This document shows, piece after piece, positions 11,602-21,492 of a stretch of DNA of 64,000 nucleotides. The position numbers and the translations under genes are program-made. Within the stretch, counting starts at the first letter, position 1; each line of letters starts with the position of its first letter. The stretch spans positions 1 through 64,000 of the forward strand of contig JAWBQF010000012.1 of assembly GCA_038845975.1 (NCBI GenBank), given 5' to 3'. The DNA comes from Candidatus Methanomethylicia archaeon. GTDB taxonomy: Archaea > Thermoproteota > Methanomethylicia > CALHIW01. The notes beneath the pieces were generated by a model. It had not been told where the DNA came from, ran no database searches, and was given only the letters and a program-made list of their open reading frames with translations.

Positions 11602-11983
11602 TCCTCCAGATGTATCTGTAGAGCTCATAGCTAAGAAGTGGGAGAATAAGTATATGGTACTAATAAACAACGACCTTACATCTAAGTCTAGCTCTCTAAG
11701 AAGACTTATTGAGTACTTGGAAATCACAGAGTTCTTAGACATAACGGTTTATCATCATTCAGCTACTAAATCTTTAATATTCTTTTAAACCATATTCAAG
11801 TGGTTATTATTATATTCCCTATTGAAGAGTGTTCAATTAGAATTTTTAAGATGATAGGCTACTCCTACGTAAACATGAAAGTTATAGTTAAACATATGAT
11901 GTTAGTTCTCTTAAAATTAGGTTTTAAATGAAAAGTAATTAAGTTTATATAGGTATACTTTATGGTATATTTTGTGGTAAACT

Positions 11984-12217
11984 ATGAGTAGTGTTGTAAG
12001 TATTAAGGTTAGGATGGATGTAAAGAATAAGATGCTTAAATATAGGGATAGAGTTAATTGGGCTGAGGAGATTAGGAGATTCATTGAGGAGAGGATAAGA
12101 CAAATCGAGGCTGAGGATAGTTTTAGAAGAATATTTAGTGAGCTTAAGAATGCTTCATGGAGTGTTCCAAGAGGGTTTTCTAAGAGTACTGTAAGGGAGG
12201 ATCGTGATAGTAGTTGA
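11984..12217 (+). CDS. vapB: VapB-type antitoxin (RHH-like)
   Basis: MSSVVSIKV..K..M....VNW.EEIR.FIEE....VREDRD; overlaps the PIN gene. Confidence 0.8.
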   Translation: MSSVVSIKVRMDVKNKMLKYRDRVNWAEEIRRFIEERIRQIEAEDSFRRIFSELKNASWSVPRGFSKSTVREDRDSS

Positions 12218-12602
12218 TGCAACTGCTATAATAGCTTTCTTCCTACGTGAGGAGGATTGGTTAAAGCTATCAGAGTATATGTCTACAACAATATCTTTAG
12301 ATCACGTAATTAAGGAGTTTTATAATGCAGTCTGGAAAGCACTACATTTAAGAAAAGTAGTAAGCATTAATGAAGCTATGAGAATTATTCAGCTGTTTAA
12401 GGAGTACTTGGAGAGAAATATGATTTTAGAAGATGAAAGAAACTATATGGATTCAGCCTTCAAGATAGCAGTAGAGAGTAAATTAACAGTTTATGATTCA
12501 CTATACATAGCCTTAGCGCAAAGCATACATAAACCCCTACTTAGCCTTGACGAGAAGCAGAGAACAGTAGCGCAGAAATATGATGTAGAAGTTCTCCCCT
12601 AG
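12204..12602 (+). CDS. vapC: PIN-domain VapC toxin
   Basis: IVVDA, KE..NAVWK, TVYDSLYIALA, LLSLDEKQ. Confidence 0.9.
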   Translation: MIVVDATAIIAFFLREEDWLKLSEYMSTTISLDHVIKEFYNAVWKALHLRKVVSINEAMRIIQLFKEYLERNMILEDERNYMDSAFKIAVESKLTVYDSLYIALAQSIHKPLLSLDEKQRTVAQKYDVEVLP

Positions 12603-12940
12603 GAAAGACTTAACTTGTTTAAGTTTAGTGAAGCAAAAGTATAGGGAACTGTTAAGACTAACATAATGAAGTCTTTGAGATAGATCCTATGAAGATCAAG
12701 ATCGAGAAGCAGTGTAAGCTTAATAGAAAGCTAAATCTAGAAGAATAGGTCTCAGCATTACAGAGTGTAAAGAAGATTAGAAGAGTATGAAAATCAGCTT
12801 CAAGATGCTTAATAGGAGAATGAATTCCCTTGAGAGGACTTAACCTAAACTTTCAATTGATGTTAAGTTAGAATCGAAAATTAAGTCGTAGTCGCTGATG
12901 TTTGTCTATAAATCAAAATTCTTATATTTGGTGTTACAAT

Positions 12941-13137
12941 ATGTATTGCGTAGTGAGCATTAAGGAGCAGATACGTAAATTAACTATTGAGTGAAGTGAT
13001 GAGGATAGACGTTTCATTGAGGATAGGGTTAGACAGCTTGAACTGGCTGAGATTATTAGAAGCATTTGGGTTAATGCTGAGAGGAGGATGTTAGTGTGGA
13101 TTCCTTATACTTAATTAGGGAGGGTAAGGAGAGCTAA
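12941..13137 (+). pseudogene. VapB-type antitoxin relic
   Basis: VVSIK.. and RRFIEDRVRQLE fragments resemble 11984-12217; stops and indels present. Confidence 0.6.
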
Positions 13138-13138
13138 G

Positions 13139-13391
13139 ATGCAGCTTATAATCCTAGACTCTAATATTTTTGTGAAGCTCGTTGTTAATGAGCTGGATTC
13201 AGATGAAATGAAAAGCATGTAGAAGCACTTTTAAAGAATGGCTTCAACCTCTTAACTGTTGATTTAGCCTTAACGGAGGCTTTAAACGCTTTATGGAAAC
13301 ATGCTAAGCTGAATAGGATCTGGATGAAAATGAGGGTTTAAATGCTGCTGAGGATTTAATGCAGATCTATGGTAGGCTGAAAATATTTGAA
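13139..13391 (+). pseudogene. PIN-domain VapC relic
   Basis: MQLIILDSNIFVKLVVNE..S and TVDLALTEALNALWKHA; frameshifted, 3' end deleted. Confidence 0.72.
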
Positions 13392-13710
13392 TCTGATACT
13401 TCAGATATACCAGTAGATATAGCTAAGGAATTAGGGCTATGGCCACCATACTCAGCTACAACAGCAATACCTTATACTGGTGGTGGGAAACAGTTAATCC
13501 GTACTATGAGTCATACGCTGAATTATAGCTTACTTTAGAAGATAGGAATATAAGAAAATCAAGGTGAGCATCATAGTAAATCCATACATAGATGAAATAG
13601 TAATAAGCGACTACGTAGCTAGTGAGCTAGGTATAATACTTCTAGACTTCAGGAAGGGATTATGGAGATTAAGGGATGCCCCATTAGAAAAGGTTAGGGA
13701 AAGCATATAA
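13392..13710 (+). pseudogene. Archaeal retropepsin-like hypothetical protein relic
   Basis: DIPVDIAKELGLWP..TGGG..VNPYIDEIVISD...SELGIILLDFRKGLWRLRD..KVRES*; 5' end missing. Confidence 0.55.
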
Positions 13711-13791
13711 CTTTAATTGATAGCTTATATTTAATTCTTCCTTTAAGAAACTCTACTATTTATGTATGTGAGCTTGTAGGAGATAGCTGTT

Positions 13792-14763
13792 TTATCTGGA
13801 ACTTGGATTATTGGATGTTACTTTAAGTTCTTGAATTATGTTTTTTATTGTCTCTGATAGGGCTTCTCTACTTTTCATTTTTGGCTTCCATCCTAGGCTT
13901 TTCAGCTTGTTTATGTTGAGAGCTATTTTCTTAACGTCGCCAAGCCATCCTATACCGTGGAGTATGGGTTTGTATGTGTATTTTACGTTTTTAAGCCCCA
14001 TAGTAGCTACAACTATATCTGCAGTTTCGTTTACATTAATCCAGTCTTCACTTCCAACATTGTATGTATTAAAGGTTTTCGTATTATTTCTCCAGGTGGT
14101 TATAGTTGCTTCAATAGCATCACTTATATGGATGTAGCTACGTGTCTGTGTTCCATCACCTAATATTTCTAGTCTTTCTGATTGTTTAAGTAGCTTCATG
14201 ATGAAGTCATATACTACACCATGTTTAAGTCTGGGTCCAACAACGTTAGCGTAGCGAAGTATTACTGCTTTAATTCCGTATAGGTAGCTGTAGGTATATA
14301 TTAGGTTTTCACAGGCTGCTTTACTTGCACCGTAAACTGAGACTGGACGTACGGGAGCATCTTCACTAACAGGTATGGATTCAGGTTCACCGTAAACACT
14401 ACTTGATGAAGCGAAGACAAGATCCTTAACATTAGCTCTCCTCATAGCTTCAAGTAGGTTAAATGTTGCTACTACATTATTGTTAAAGTGAATTTCCGGA
14501 TTTGTAGTGCTAACTCTAACTTCAGGGTTTGCAGCGAAGTGGAAGACAGAGCTTACATCTCTAACAGCTTCGAAAGCTGCCTGCGGATTCTTTAAGTCTG
14601 CATTAAATATTTCGACTTGAAGAGAGTTATGATGCTTAATATTCTCCCAGCTTCCACTACTAAAATCATCCAGTATCCTTACATTGAAGCCGTCTTTTAC
14701 AAGCCTATCTACAAGATGACTACCAATAAAGCCTGCTCCACCTGTAATAAGCATATATGACAT
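13792..14763 (-). CDS. NAD-dependent epimerase/dehydratase (UDP-glucose 4-epimerase-like)
   Basis: TGGAGFIGSH, SSSSVYG, YGASK, RYANVVG. Confidence 0.9.
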   Translation of the reverse strand: MSYMLITGGAGFIGSHLVDRLVKDGFNVRILDDFSSGSWENIKHHNSLQVEIFNADLKNPQAAFEAVRDVSSVFHFAANPEVRVSTTNPEIHFNNNVVATFNLLEAMRRANVKDLVFASSSSVYGEPESIPVSEDAPVRPVSVYGASKAACENLIYTYSYLYGIKAVILRYANVVGPRLKHGVVYDFIMKLLKQSERLEILGDGTQTRSYIHISDAIEATITTWRNNTKTFNTYNVGSEDWINVNETADIVVATMGLKNVKYTYKPILHGIGWLGDVKKIALNINKLKSLGWKPKMKSREALSETIKNIIQELKVTSNNPSSR

Positions 14764-15139
14764 ATATGAAGCACCTAACGATGAATGAGTATGCTTTAAC
14801 TATTATTAAGGTAAAATAAATATTTTAGCTTTATAGTTTAATACTCAGCATGACAGCTTAACATATTAAGCTTCCCTCCCAAGTTACCAGAATCTAATAC
14901 TTGCTTCCATATTACCCATAATGATAGAATATAAATTATAGAATATATTGAAAGGGTGAAAATAGTAAACTTCTAAAGTTAGCAGAAATATAAAGAAAAT
15001 TAAGCTAGGAGTATCTAATTATTATTTAAGTTTTATCAGTCCTCATACTTAATCTTCTTACTACTATAGCGGCTACATGAACTTACTATGGAAAAATTTA
15101 ATAATAGGCTGTAAAGCATAGCATTAAATAGTTAGGCTT

Positions 15140-16744
15140 ATGGCTTCAAGCCATTTCCATGATAGACTGCTTGTAGCTGCTGAGGAGACTGTAAGTGGAG
15201 CTTTCCACCTTTTTTGGGGTGGTAGCTTAGCTGCTATACTATCTGCTGTATGCGCTATTCTTGTAGCTCGTCTTCTTGGACCGGAGCTTTACGGTATCTA
15301 CTCGCTTACACTTATTGTTCCAGGCTTTCTTACTCTCTTCACAGATTATGGTGTAAGCCAGGCTTTAACCCGTTTTATAGCGCTTTATAAGTCTAGAGGA
15401 GAGGGAACTCATATAATCCTACTGCTTAGGGTAGGCTTAATCTTTAACATATTAACATGCCTTATAATGTTTACAGTAGGATTCATTCTTACAGAGCCTC
15501 TTACAGTTCTACTTATAAATAGGCCTGAAATAGCTAGCCTAGTTAGACTAACTCTAATCTTAATACTTCTTCAACCACTCTCATCAGCTACTGGATGTGC
15601 TCTCTTAGGCTTTGGAGACGTGAAGAAACTTGCAATCATAGATGTTATCCGTCAAGCTATTAGAACTATAGTAAGCCCACTACTAATAGTTTTAGGTTTT
15701 AGTGTATTTGGTGCTTTAGTAGGCTATATATTAGCCTTCATGATAGGTACAATTATTAGTTTAGTATTAGCTTTAAGATGTTCTAGAAGTATTGAAAAGC
15801 CTTATTTAAATCCTGGTTTAGGTAGGGTTCTCTTGGAAATGTTATCTTATGGTTTACCTCTATATTTATCCAGTATTTTAGGTAGTTTTACTGCAACATT
15901 ACGGGGTGTAATTCTCGCATACTTTACAACTAATGTACTTATTGGAAACTTTCATACAGCTATGAACTTCACCATTCTCATAACCCTTATCTCCTCGCCA
16001 ATAGCTACAGTTCTCTTTCCAATATTTTCTAAGCTAAGAAGTAGTGAGGCAAGCATCATGTTTACATACTCTGTAAAGTATACTTCATCCCTTATAATTC
16101 CAGTAGCTGTTTTCGTAGCTGTTATGTCTAGGGATCTAGTATTCCTATTCTACGGTGTAGACTATAGTTATGCTCCTCTATACTTAGCTCTCTATGCATT
16201 ATCCTTCCTATTCGTTGGGTTTGGCTTAGCAGTTTTGGGAAGCTTCTTCAGCGGGATAGGTGATTCAAAAGTTAACTTGAAGGCTACTCTACTCTCTGTA
16301 GGTATTTTCATACCCTCAGCAGTAGCTTTAACGGGAACAATGAGGGTTGAGGGAATGCTTACCGCAATAATACTGGCTACAGCATCTTCAACCATATACA
16401 GCCTATGGGTTGCTACTCGTAAATATAGCTTAAGAATTGATTTGAAAAGCTCAGTAAACATATATTTCGCTACACTTCTAGCAGTAGCTCCAATAATTCC
16501 AATAGCTTTATATTCATCAATGCTAAGCATAGTAAACCTTACATTAGCTGCAATACTCTACCTAGTAGCCTACTTAACAGTTATCCCTCTTCTTAAAGTC
16601 TTAACTAGGGAGGATCTTGAAAACCTAACCCGTATATTCTCGAAAGTAGTGGTAATACAGCCAATAGTGAAGATAATTTCAAGCTATGAGAGTAAAATAA
16701 TGGAGCTTATAGACATGAGGAATAAGCCATCAATAAATAGCTAA
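15140..16744 (+). CDS. Oligosaccharide flippase (MOP/Wzx family)
   Basis: ARLLGPE.YG, D.G..AL.RF, VLFP.FS; ~14 TM. Confidence 0.85.
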   Translation: MASSHFHDRLLVAAEETVSGAFHLFWGGSLAAILSAVCAILVARLLGPELYGIYSLTLIVPGFLTLFTDYGVSQALTRFIALYKSRGEGTHIILLLRVGLIFNILTCLIMFTVGFILTEPLTVLLINRPEIASLVRLTLILILLQPLSSATGCALLGFGDVKKLAIIDVIRQAIRTIVSPLLIVLGFSVFGALVGYILAFMIGTIISLVLALRCSRSIEKPYLNPGLGRVLLEMLSYGLPLYLSSILGSFTATLRGVILAYFTTNVLIGNFHTAMNFTILITLISSPIATVLFPIFSKLRSSEASIMFTYSVKYTSSLIIPVAVFVAVMSRDLVFLFYGVDYSYAPLYLALYALSFLFVGFGLAVLGSFFSGIGDSKVNLKATLLSVGIFIPSAVALTGTMRVEGMLTAIILATASSTIYSLWVATRKYSLRIDLKSSVNIYFATLLAVAPIIPIALYSSMLSIVNLTLAAILYLVAYLTVIPLLKVLTREDLENLTRIFSKVVVIQPIVKIISSYESKIMELIDMRNKPSINS

Positions 16745-17293
16745 ACTCCTCACTACTACTTCTAGCCTAATTGTTTAGTTCTCTATATTTTAAGCTAGAT
16801 AGCTTAATCCTTGTAGAAACAGTCTAGTAGGTATTCTATATGTGGATAAGGAGGCTGAAGGGAAAGCCTTAAAAGTATCGGAAGTTATATGGCTATTATA
16901 CTAGTATTCTTAAACAACATACTATTAACAGGATTTAAACCATCAAATTCATTCTAAAAGCATTATTGTTGAGAATGGTGAGAAAGTATGCCTAGTGCTT
17001 CCACCACCAGTAAGTGAGCTTTTAAGAATTGGGGTGTTTCAGAGATGAGTATTGAGGATTCACTATATCATGTAATTGTTGATGCAGCTAAGCTAGCATC
17101 CTCCGTTTCTGTAGGTAGGGATATTGCTGTGGAGGTTAAGGGATTGAAAGCCGTATAGCTGCTGGAAGATTTAGAAGAGTTTTCAGATCTCTTGAAGCAT
17201 GTATAACAGCATCAATGTTTAAGCAGCCAGTACATGTGGATTCAGAGATTAAGAAGGAGAATTTAAGGAGGATTACTATTAAAATGTATAGTT

Positions 17294-17531
17294 ATGGGTA
17301 AAAACATTCTCTTCAATATTGTATTAGCATGATATTCATAACAGTTCCATCTCTTACAGCTCTAGGTGAATATAGGATTGACGTCTACATATCTATGTTT
17401 ACTCTAGAATACTTTGTAGCATTATCAATTCTAAGACCTAGACGTAGATTTAAAGATGTTACTGCATTTATCTACTAGTAATATTCATACTTATAGTTTC
17501 AATTAGAGTTATTGAGATCCTACAAGGATAA
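17294..17531 (+). pseudogene. Small conserved archaeal membrane protein relic
   Basis: LGEYRIDVYISMFTLEYFV..ILRPRRRFKD..IVSIRVIEIL fragment with frameshifts. Confidence 0.45.
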
Positions 17532-17743
17532 TCCATATTGAAGCTAAGACTTAAACATATTCTACTTCACTTAAACCCTTACGATTGAAAAAACCTACTT
17601 TTAGAGTAGGGTTAGGGGAATTAGATAGGAAATTTATGAATCCTAATTAAATCACTAAATATAATTGAAGAATATTATATAGTGTATTAGTGATGTCGAT
17701 ATTGTATGCTAACCTTTATAGGTTCTACTGCTAATATTGTATA

Positions 17744-17899
17744 GTGAAGTCACCATCTGAGCTATTTAGAGTAGAAATCATTAATGATTCTAGATATTAT
17801 GTATGTATGGTGTGTGGTAGAAGATATGCTGTACGTTCAGGAATTGTACAGCATGTAAAGAGGAAGCATTTAAACATGTTAAAATACGGTAAGATGTAA
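17744..17899 (+). CDS. 51-aa C2H2 zinc-finger protein
   Basis: GTG start; YVCMVCGRRYAVRSGIVQHVKRKH = C-x2-C-x12-H-x4-H; TATA-like CTTTATA ~28 bp upstream; below the ORF-track cutoff. Confidence 0.7.
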   Translation: MKSPSELFRVEIINDSRYYVCMVCGRRYAVRSGIVQHVKRKHLNMLKYGKM

Positions 17900-18146
17900 A
17901 TATGTGTAGTAGGATTTGTAAATTTAACCTGGAGTAGAGTACATGAAGATTTTCAGGAGTTGACGTAAATTCTACATGATCAGCTTAATGAGCTACATGA
18001 AGGGATTTATAGCGAGAAATTAGGGTTAATGTTCATACTGTATCCATTAGTAATTTGTTTAAGCTTATATTGGGAGGTAATGAATACTTCATAAAGTATG
18101 GTAATCATAGAGGCTTAATGGTTTACCCTAGTTTCATTATATTAGA

Positions 18147-18605
18147 CTAATTACTCCTACTACGTCTTCCAATTATAATTACGGCTATTATTAGGATTAT
18201 AGATATTGAGATACTAATAGCTAAAGGTATAATTATAGTGTTTACATCTACATAGCCTGTAAATCCGTAGCGGGATGGACATTTAGTTAATATTTTAAAT
18301 GCTAATACCTCTCCTCTACTATATAATCCCTCAACAACTACTTCTCCCCCCTCTCTAAGAGGTACTTGTGAGCCTTGGTATATTACAGTTAATTTGGTTT
18401 TATTATCGGAAATAATGAAAACTAAATTTGAGCCTTCAATTCTAGGATTCTCAACAATTCCTATTATAGCTACTATTTCCCCATCATGACTGCTTGTAAA
18501 CACCTCTGATGGGGATAAATATCTCTGTGATAGTGTTAATGTAGATATTGTAAGGTAGAAGATTAATACAATAGTTAAAGCTATAATTAATATTTTAGCT
18601 TTCAT
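18147..18605 (-). CDS. ccmE: Heme chaperone CcmE, Cys (CxxxY) variant
   Basis: N-terminal TM, OB-fold V.Y.G..P..EG.EVVVEG, ILTKCPSRY; extra C-terminal TM. Confidence 0.9.
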   Translation of the reverse strand: MKAKILIIALTIVLIFYLTISTLTLSQRYLSPSEVFTSSHDGEIVAIIGIVENPRIEGSNLVFIISDNKTKLTVIYQGSQVPLREGGEVVVEGLYSRGEVLAFKILTKCPSRYGFTGYVDVNTIIIPLAISISISIILIIAVIIIGRRSRSN

Positions 18606-18699
18606 GTCTAGTTCTTCTATATTTAATTAGAAGATATATTGTTAAAACAGCTAGAATACCCCAGTAGAGTAGATAGGATAATAGAAGCTCCATATACAT
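18595..18699 (-). CDS. ccmD: Putative heme exporter protein CcmD (34 aa)
   Basis: MYMELLLSYLLYWGILAVLTIYLLIKYRRTRHES*: single TM plus basic tail. TAATG coupling to ccmC and overlap with the ccmE start. Confidence 0.7.
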   Translation of the reverse strand: MYMELLLSYLLYWGILAVLTIYLLIKYRRTRHES

Positions 18700-19352
18700 T
18701 ACTGTTTACCTCCAGCTATTTCTACCTTGTATGATAGGTATAGTAGAGTTAGGAAGATAAGTAGGGCTGTAGCGAGATTAATCATTAATATTAATCCTGT
18801 ATGGGGGGCTAATGCTATTTCTCCATGTGTTATAACTATTGGGTGAAGGGTACGCCATAGAATTGCTGAGTAATAGCTTAAAGGTACTGTTATAAAGGAA
18901 GCTATAGCATACATAGCAGATACTCTACGCTTCCTCTCAATATCAGGTATAGACCATCTTAAAGCAAAGTATCCTGTAAAAGCTAGAGCTAGAATTAATG
19001 TTGTGGTTTCTCTAGGATCCCATGACCAATACTCACCCCACGTTATATTAGCCCATAGAGAGCCTGTTACTATTGCAACCCAGGATAATGGTAGCCCTAT
19101 CCTCATAGATGATAAAGCTATAGCATCAGCCTTCACACTTCTCCTAGCCAAATAAACAATACTGGAAACTAAGGAAAAACCCATAGATAAATAGCTAATC
19201 CAAGCCGGTGGAACATGAACATAAAGTATCCTATATACATCAGGTGGAGCTGCAGCTCCAAACTCAATAGGGGGAGGAGATATAAAAGACAGATATACTG
19301 ATACCAAACATAAAGGTAAAACAGCAACCCCGAGAATCCTCCACATCTCCAT
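18699..19352 (-). CDS. ccmC: Heme exporter/cytochrome c assembly protein CcmC
   Basis: YVHVP, WWD motif W...WG.YWSWDPRET, RTLHP. Confidence 0.93.
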   Translation of the reverse strand: MEMWRILGVAVLPLCLVSVYLSFISPPPIEFGAAAPPDVYRILYVHVPPAWISYLSMGFSLVSSIVYLARRSVKADAIALSSMRIGLPLSWVAIVTGSLWANITWGEYWSWDPRETTTLILALAFTGYFALRWSIPDIERKRRVSAMYAIASFITVPLSYYSAILWRTLHPIVITHGEIALAPHTGLILMINLATALLIFLTLLYLSYKVEIAGGKQ

Positions 19353-19721
19353 ATTACCCCTAACTAGGAGATTATAGCTAATATTTAACTATTTCTAATT
19401 AACAGTAATACATATAACATCTTATCCTCTAAGTCATTAAGTCTAAAATGGAGCTTAGACTACATTAAATACTTTATTATTATGATTCCTATGATTTATT
19501 AATAACTCGATTGACTAATCATTTATGTTTCATGTTAGTGTATTTATTCGTATTTAGTTAATTATATATGTGAGGATATTAAAGAAGTTGAATTACTATT
19601 TCTGAACCTACTTATCTATCAATAACTGTCTTAAGATTTATGAATTTAAAATAATATTTTAAAAGAAATTCCTTAAACAACGTGGAATAATATACTAAGA
19701 GTATTAATCTTTAACAGAACT

Positions 19722-19751
19722 ATGTAATTGATCGCTTAAGTTAACAAAGTC
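19722..19751 (+). repeat. Isolated IS6-type terminal repeat remnant
   Basis: GCTTAAGTTAACAAAGTC matches the element TIR with 1 mismatch; a related ATGTAATTGA..CTTAAGTT.ACAAA occurs near 63339. Confidence 0.5.
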
Positions 19752-19799
19752 TGAAATTTATGAGAAAAGTTTAAGTAAAATTAAAAATAGTTTTTAATT

Positions 19800-21302
19800 G
19801 TGAGAAAAACACTTCCTATTAAGCCTATTAAGAAGGGAGAAATTCTTGAAAAGTTAAGAGAATATGCTTCTAATGATGCTGAGCCTCTTAGTGGAAGACT
19901 ATTCACAATAGCTTTTGAAACTGGAATAGATGAGTTGAAGGAAGTAGCTTTAGATGCGTTTAAAATGTTTATGGATAAGAATATTCTGGATTTTACTGAG
20001 TTTCCAAGTGCAGTAAGAATGGAGAAGGATATTGTTGATATAGCAGTATCGTTAATGAATGGTGATGAAGAAGTTGTTGGAACCTATACTTTTGGAGGAA
20101 CTGAAAGTGTCTTCCTTGCAGTAAAGGCTGCAAGAGATAAATTCATACTAAGTAAGGGAGCTATAACAATTCCTGAAATAGTTATGCCGGTTACAGCTCA
20201 TCCCTGCTATGATAAAGCTGCTGAATACATGGGTTTAAAAGTTAAGAGAGTTAAGATTAATACTAAGACATATCAAGCAGATCCAAACGCAATAAATGAA
20301 GCAATAACTGAGAATACTGCTTTAATTGTTGGTTCTACTCCAAACTGGCCATTTGGAACAATAGATCCAATTAGGGAATTAGCTGAGATAGCATTAGATA
20401 GAAATATATGGCTTCATGTAGATGCATGTATAGGAGGATTTATTCTTCCATTCATGAAGAGAATAGGAGAGAATATTCCTGATTTCGACTTTAAAATAGA
20501 AGGTGTTTCCTCTATATCTCTAGACCCCCATAAGTATGCTTACTCCTCTATAGGAGCTTCCATAATATTGTTTAGGAAAGAATTTTATAAAATGTTTTCC
20601 CAATATGCAAATTTAAGATGGCCCGGATACCCAATTGTAAATCCAGCTGTCTTATCATCTAGATCAGAGGGGCCTCTTGCAGCAACGTGGGCTGTACTCC
20701 ACTTCCTCGGAGAAGAGGGATACATGGATTTAGCTAGGAAAATATTGAATGTAAGAAGTAGAATATTAAGTGGATTGGAGAAGTTAGGATATGGAGTAAT
20801 TGGAAACCCATCAGTTATAATTGCATTTACATCTAATAAAATAAACTTATTCAAACTATCTGATGAAATGGTTAAGAGGGGATGGTACTTCCTAGCTCAG
20901 AAGGGAATTCCAGAAATGGAAATTCCTCCAAGCATACATCTTACCCTTACACCTATTCATGAAAGAATACTGGACAACATGCTTAAAGACTTAGAGGAAT
21001 GTACAGTAGAATTATCTAAATATCCACCAAGCGATATTGAAAGTATTGTGGAGAGTCTTGGCTTAATAATGAGTTTAATAACTCCTAAAGAAATGGATAT
21101 ATCCTCACTTAGCCAATTACTGAAGGAAATGGAGAAGTATTTAGGAATATATGGTCCAAAACTACTGGAAGCTTTCGGGCTGGATAAGGGTATTCCAAAG
21201 GAGATGACGCTGATAAACCAAGTATTCAACTCCCTTCCTCCAAATATTACAGAGTTACTGGTAAACTACATAGTAATTGAATTGTTTAGGAGAGGAGTAT
21301 AA
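19800..21302 (+). CDS. PLP-dependent group II decarboxylase / sphingosine-1-phosphate lyase-like protein
   Basis: GGTES, AHP..DKAA, HVDAC.GG, SLDPHKY (PLP Lys), SRS.G. Confidence 0.88.
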   Translation: MRKTLPIKPIKKGEILEKLREYASNDAEPLSGRLFTIAFETGIDELKEVALDAFKMFMDKNILDFTEFPSAVRMEKDIVDIAVSLMNGDEEVVGTYTFGGTESVFLAVKAARDKFILSKGAITIPEIVMPVTAHPCYDKAAEYMGLKVKRVKINTKTYQADPNAINEAITENTALIVGSTPNWPFGTIDPIRELAEIALDRNIWLHVDACIGGFILPFMKRIGENIPDFDFKIEGVSSISLDPHKYAYSSIGASIILFRKEFYKMFSQYANLRWPGYPIVNPAVLSSRSEGPLAATWAVLHFLGEEGYMDLARKILNVRSRILSGLEKLGYGVIGNPSVIIAFTSNKINLFKLSDEMVKRGWYFLAQKGIPEMEIPPSIHLTLTPIHERILDNMLKDLEECTVELSKYPPSDIESIVESLGLIMSLITPKEMDISSLSQLLKEMEKYLGIYGPKLLEAFGLDKGIPKEMTLINQVFNSLPPNITELLVNYIVIELFRRGV

Positions 21303-21492
21303 GAAATACCATAATTCTAAACTTACTTTTTATTTCACCAAACATATTTAACAGTCTATTTACTTGTAGTAACTTCATGGTGGAAACCATGGGAAAAATT
21401 TAAGCTTATATTAATTACAGCTTATTGAGAGTTAAGTATTTAAGGTCTTAGAACTAAAATTCTGAATACTAATAGGATTGTAGGGGTTATTA

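Noticed and set aside
11917-12222. Minus-strand ORF and the many other short antisense ORFs in the track
   Set aside because: They overlap well-supported genes on the opposite strand or frame.
16800-17290. Coding-like decayed sequence after the flippase
   Set aside because: Fragments could not be assigned to any family by eye.
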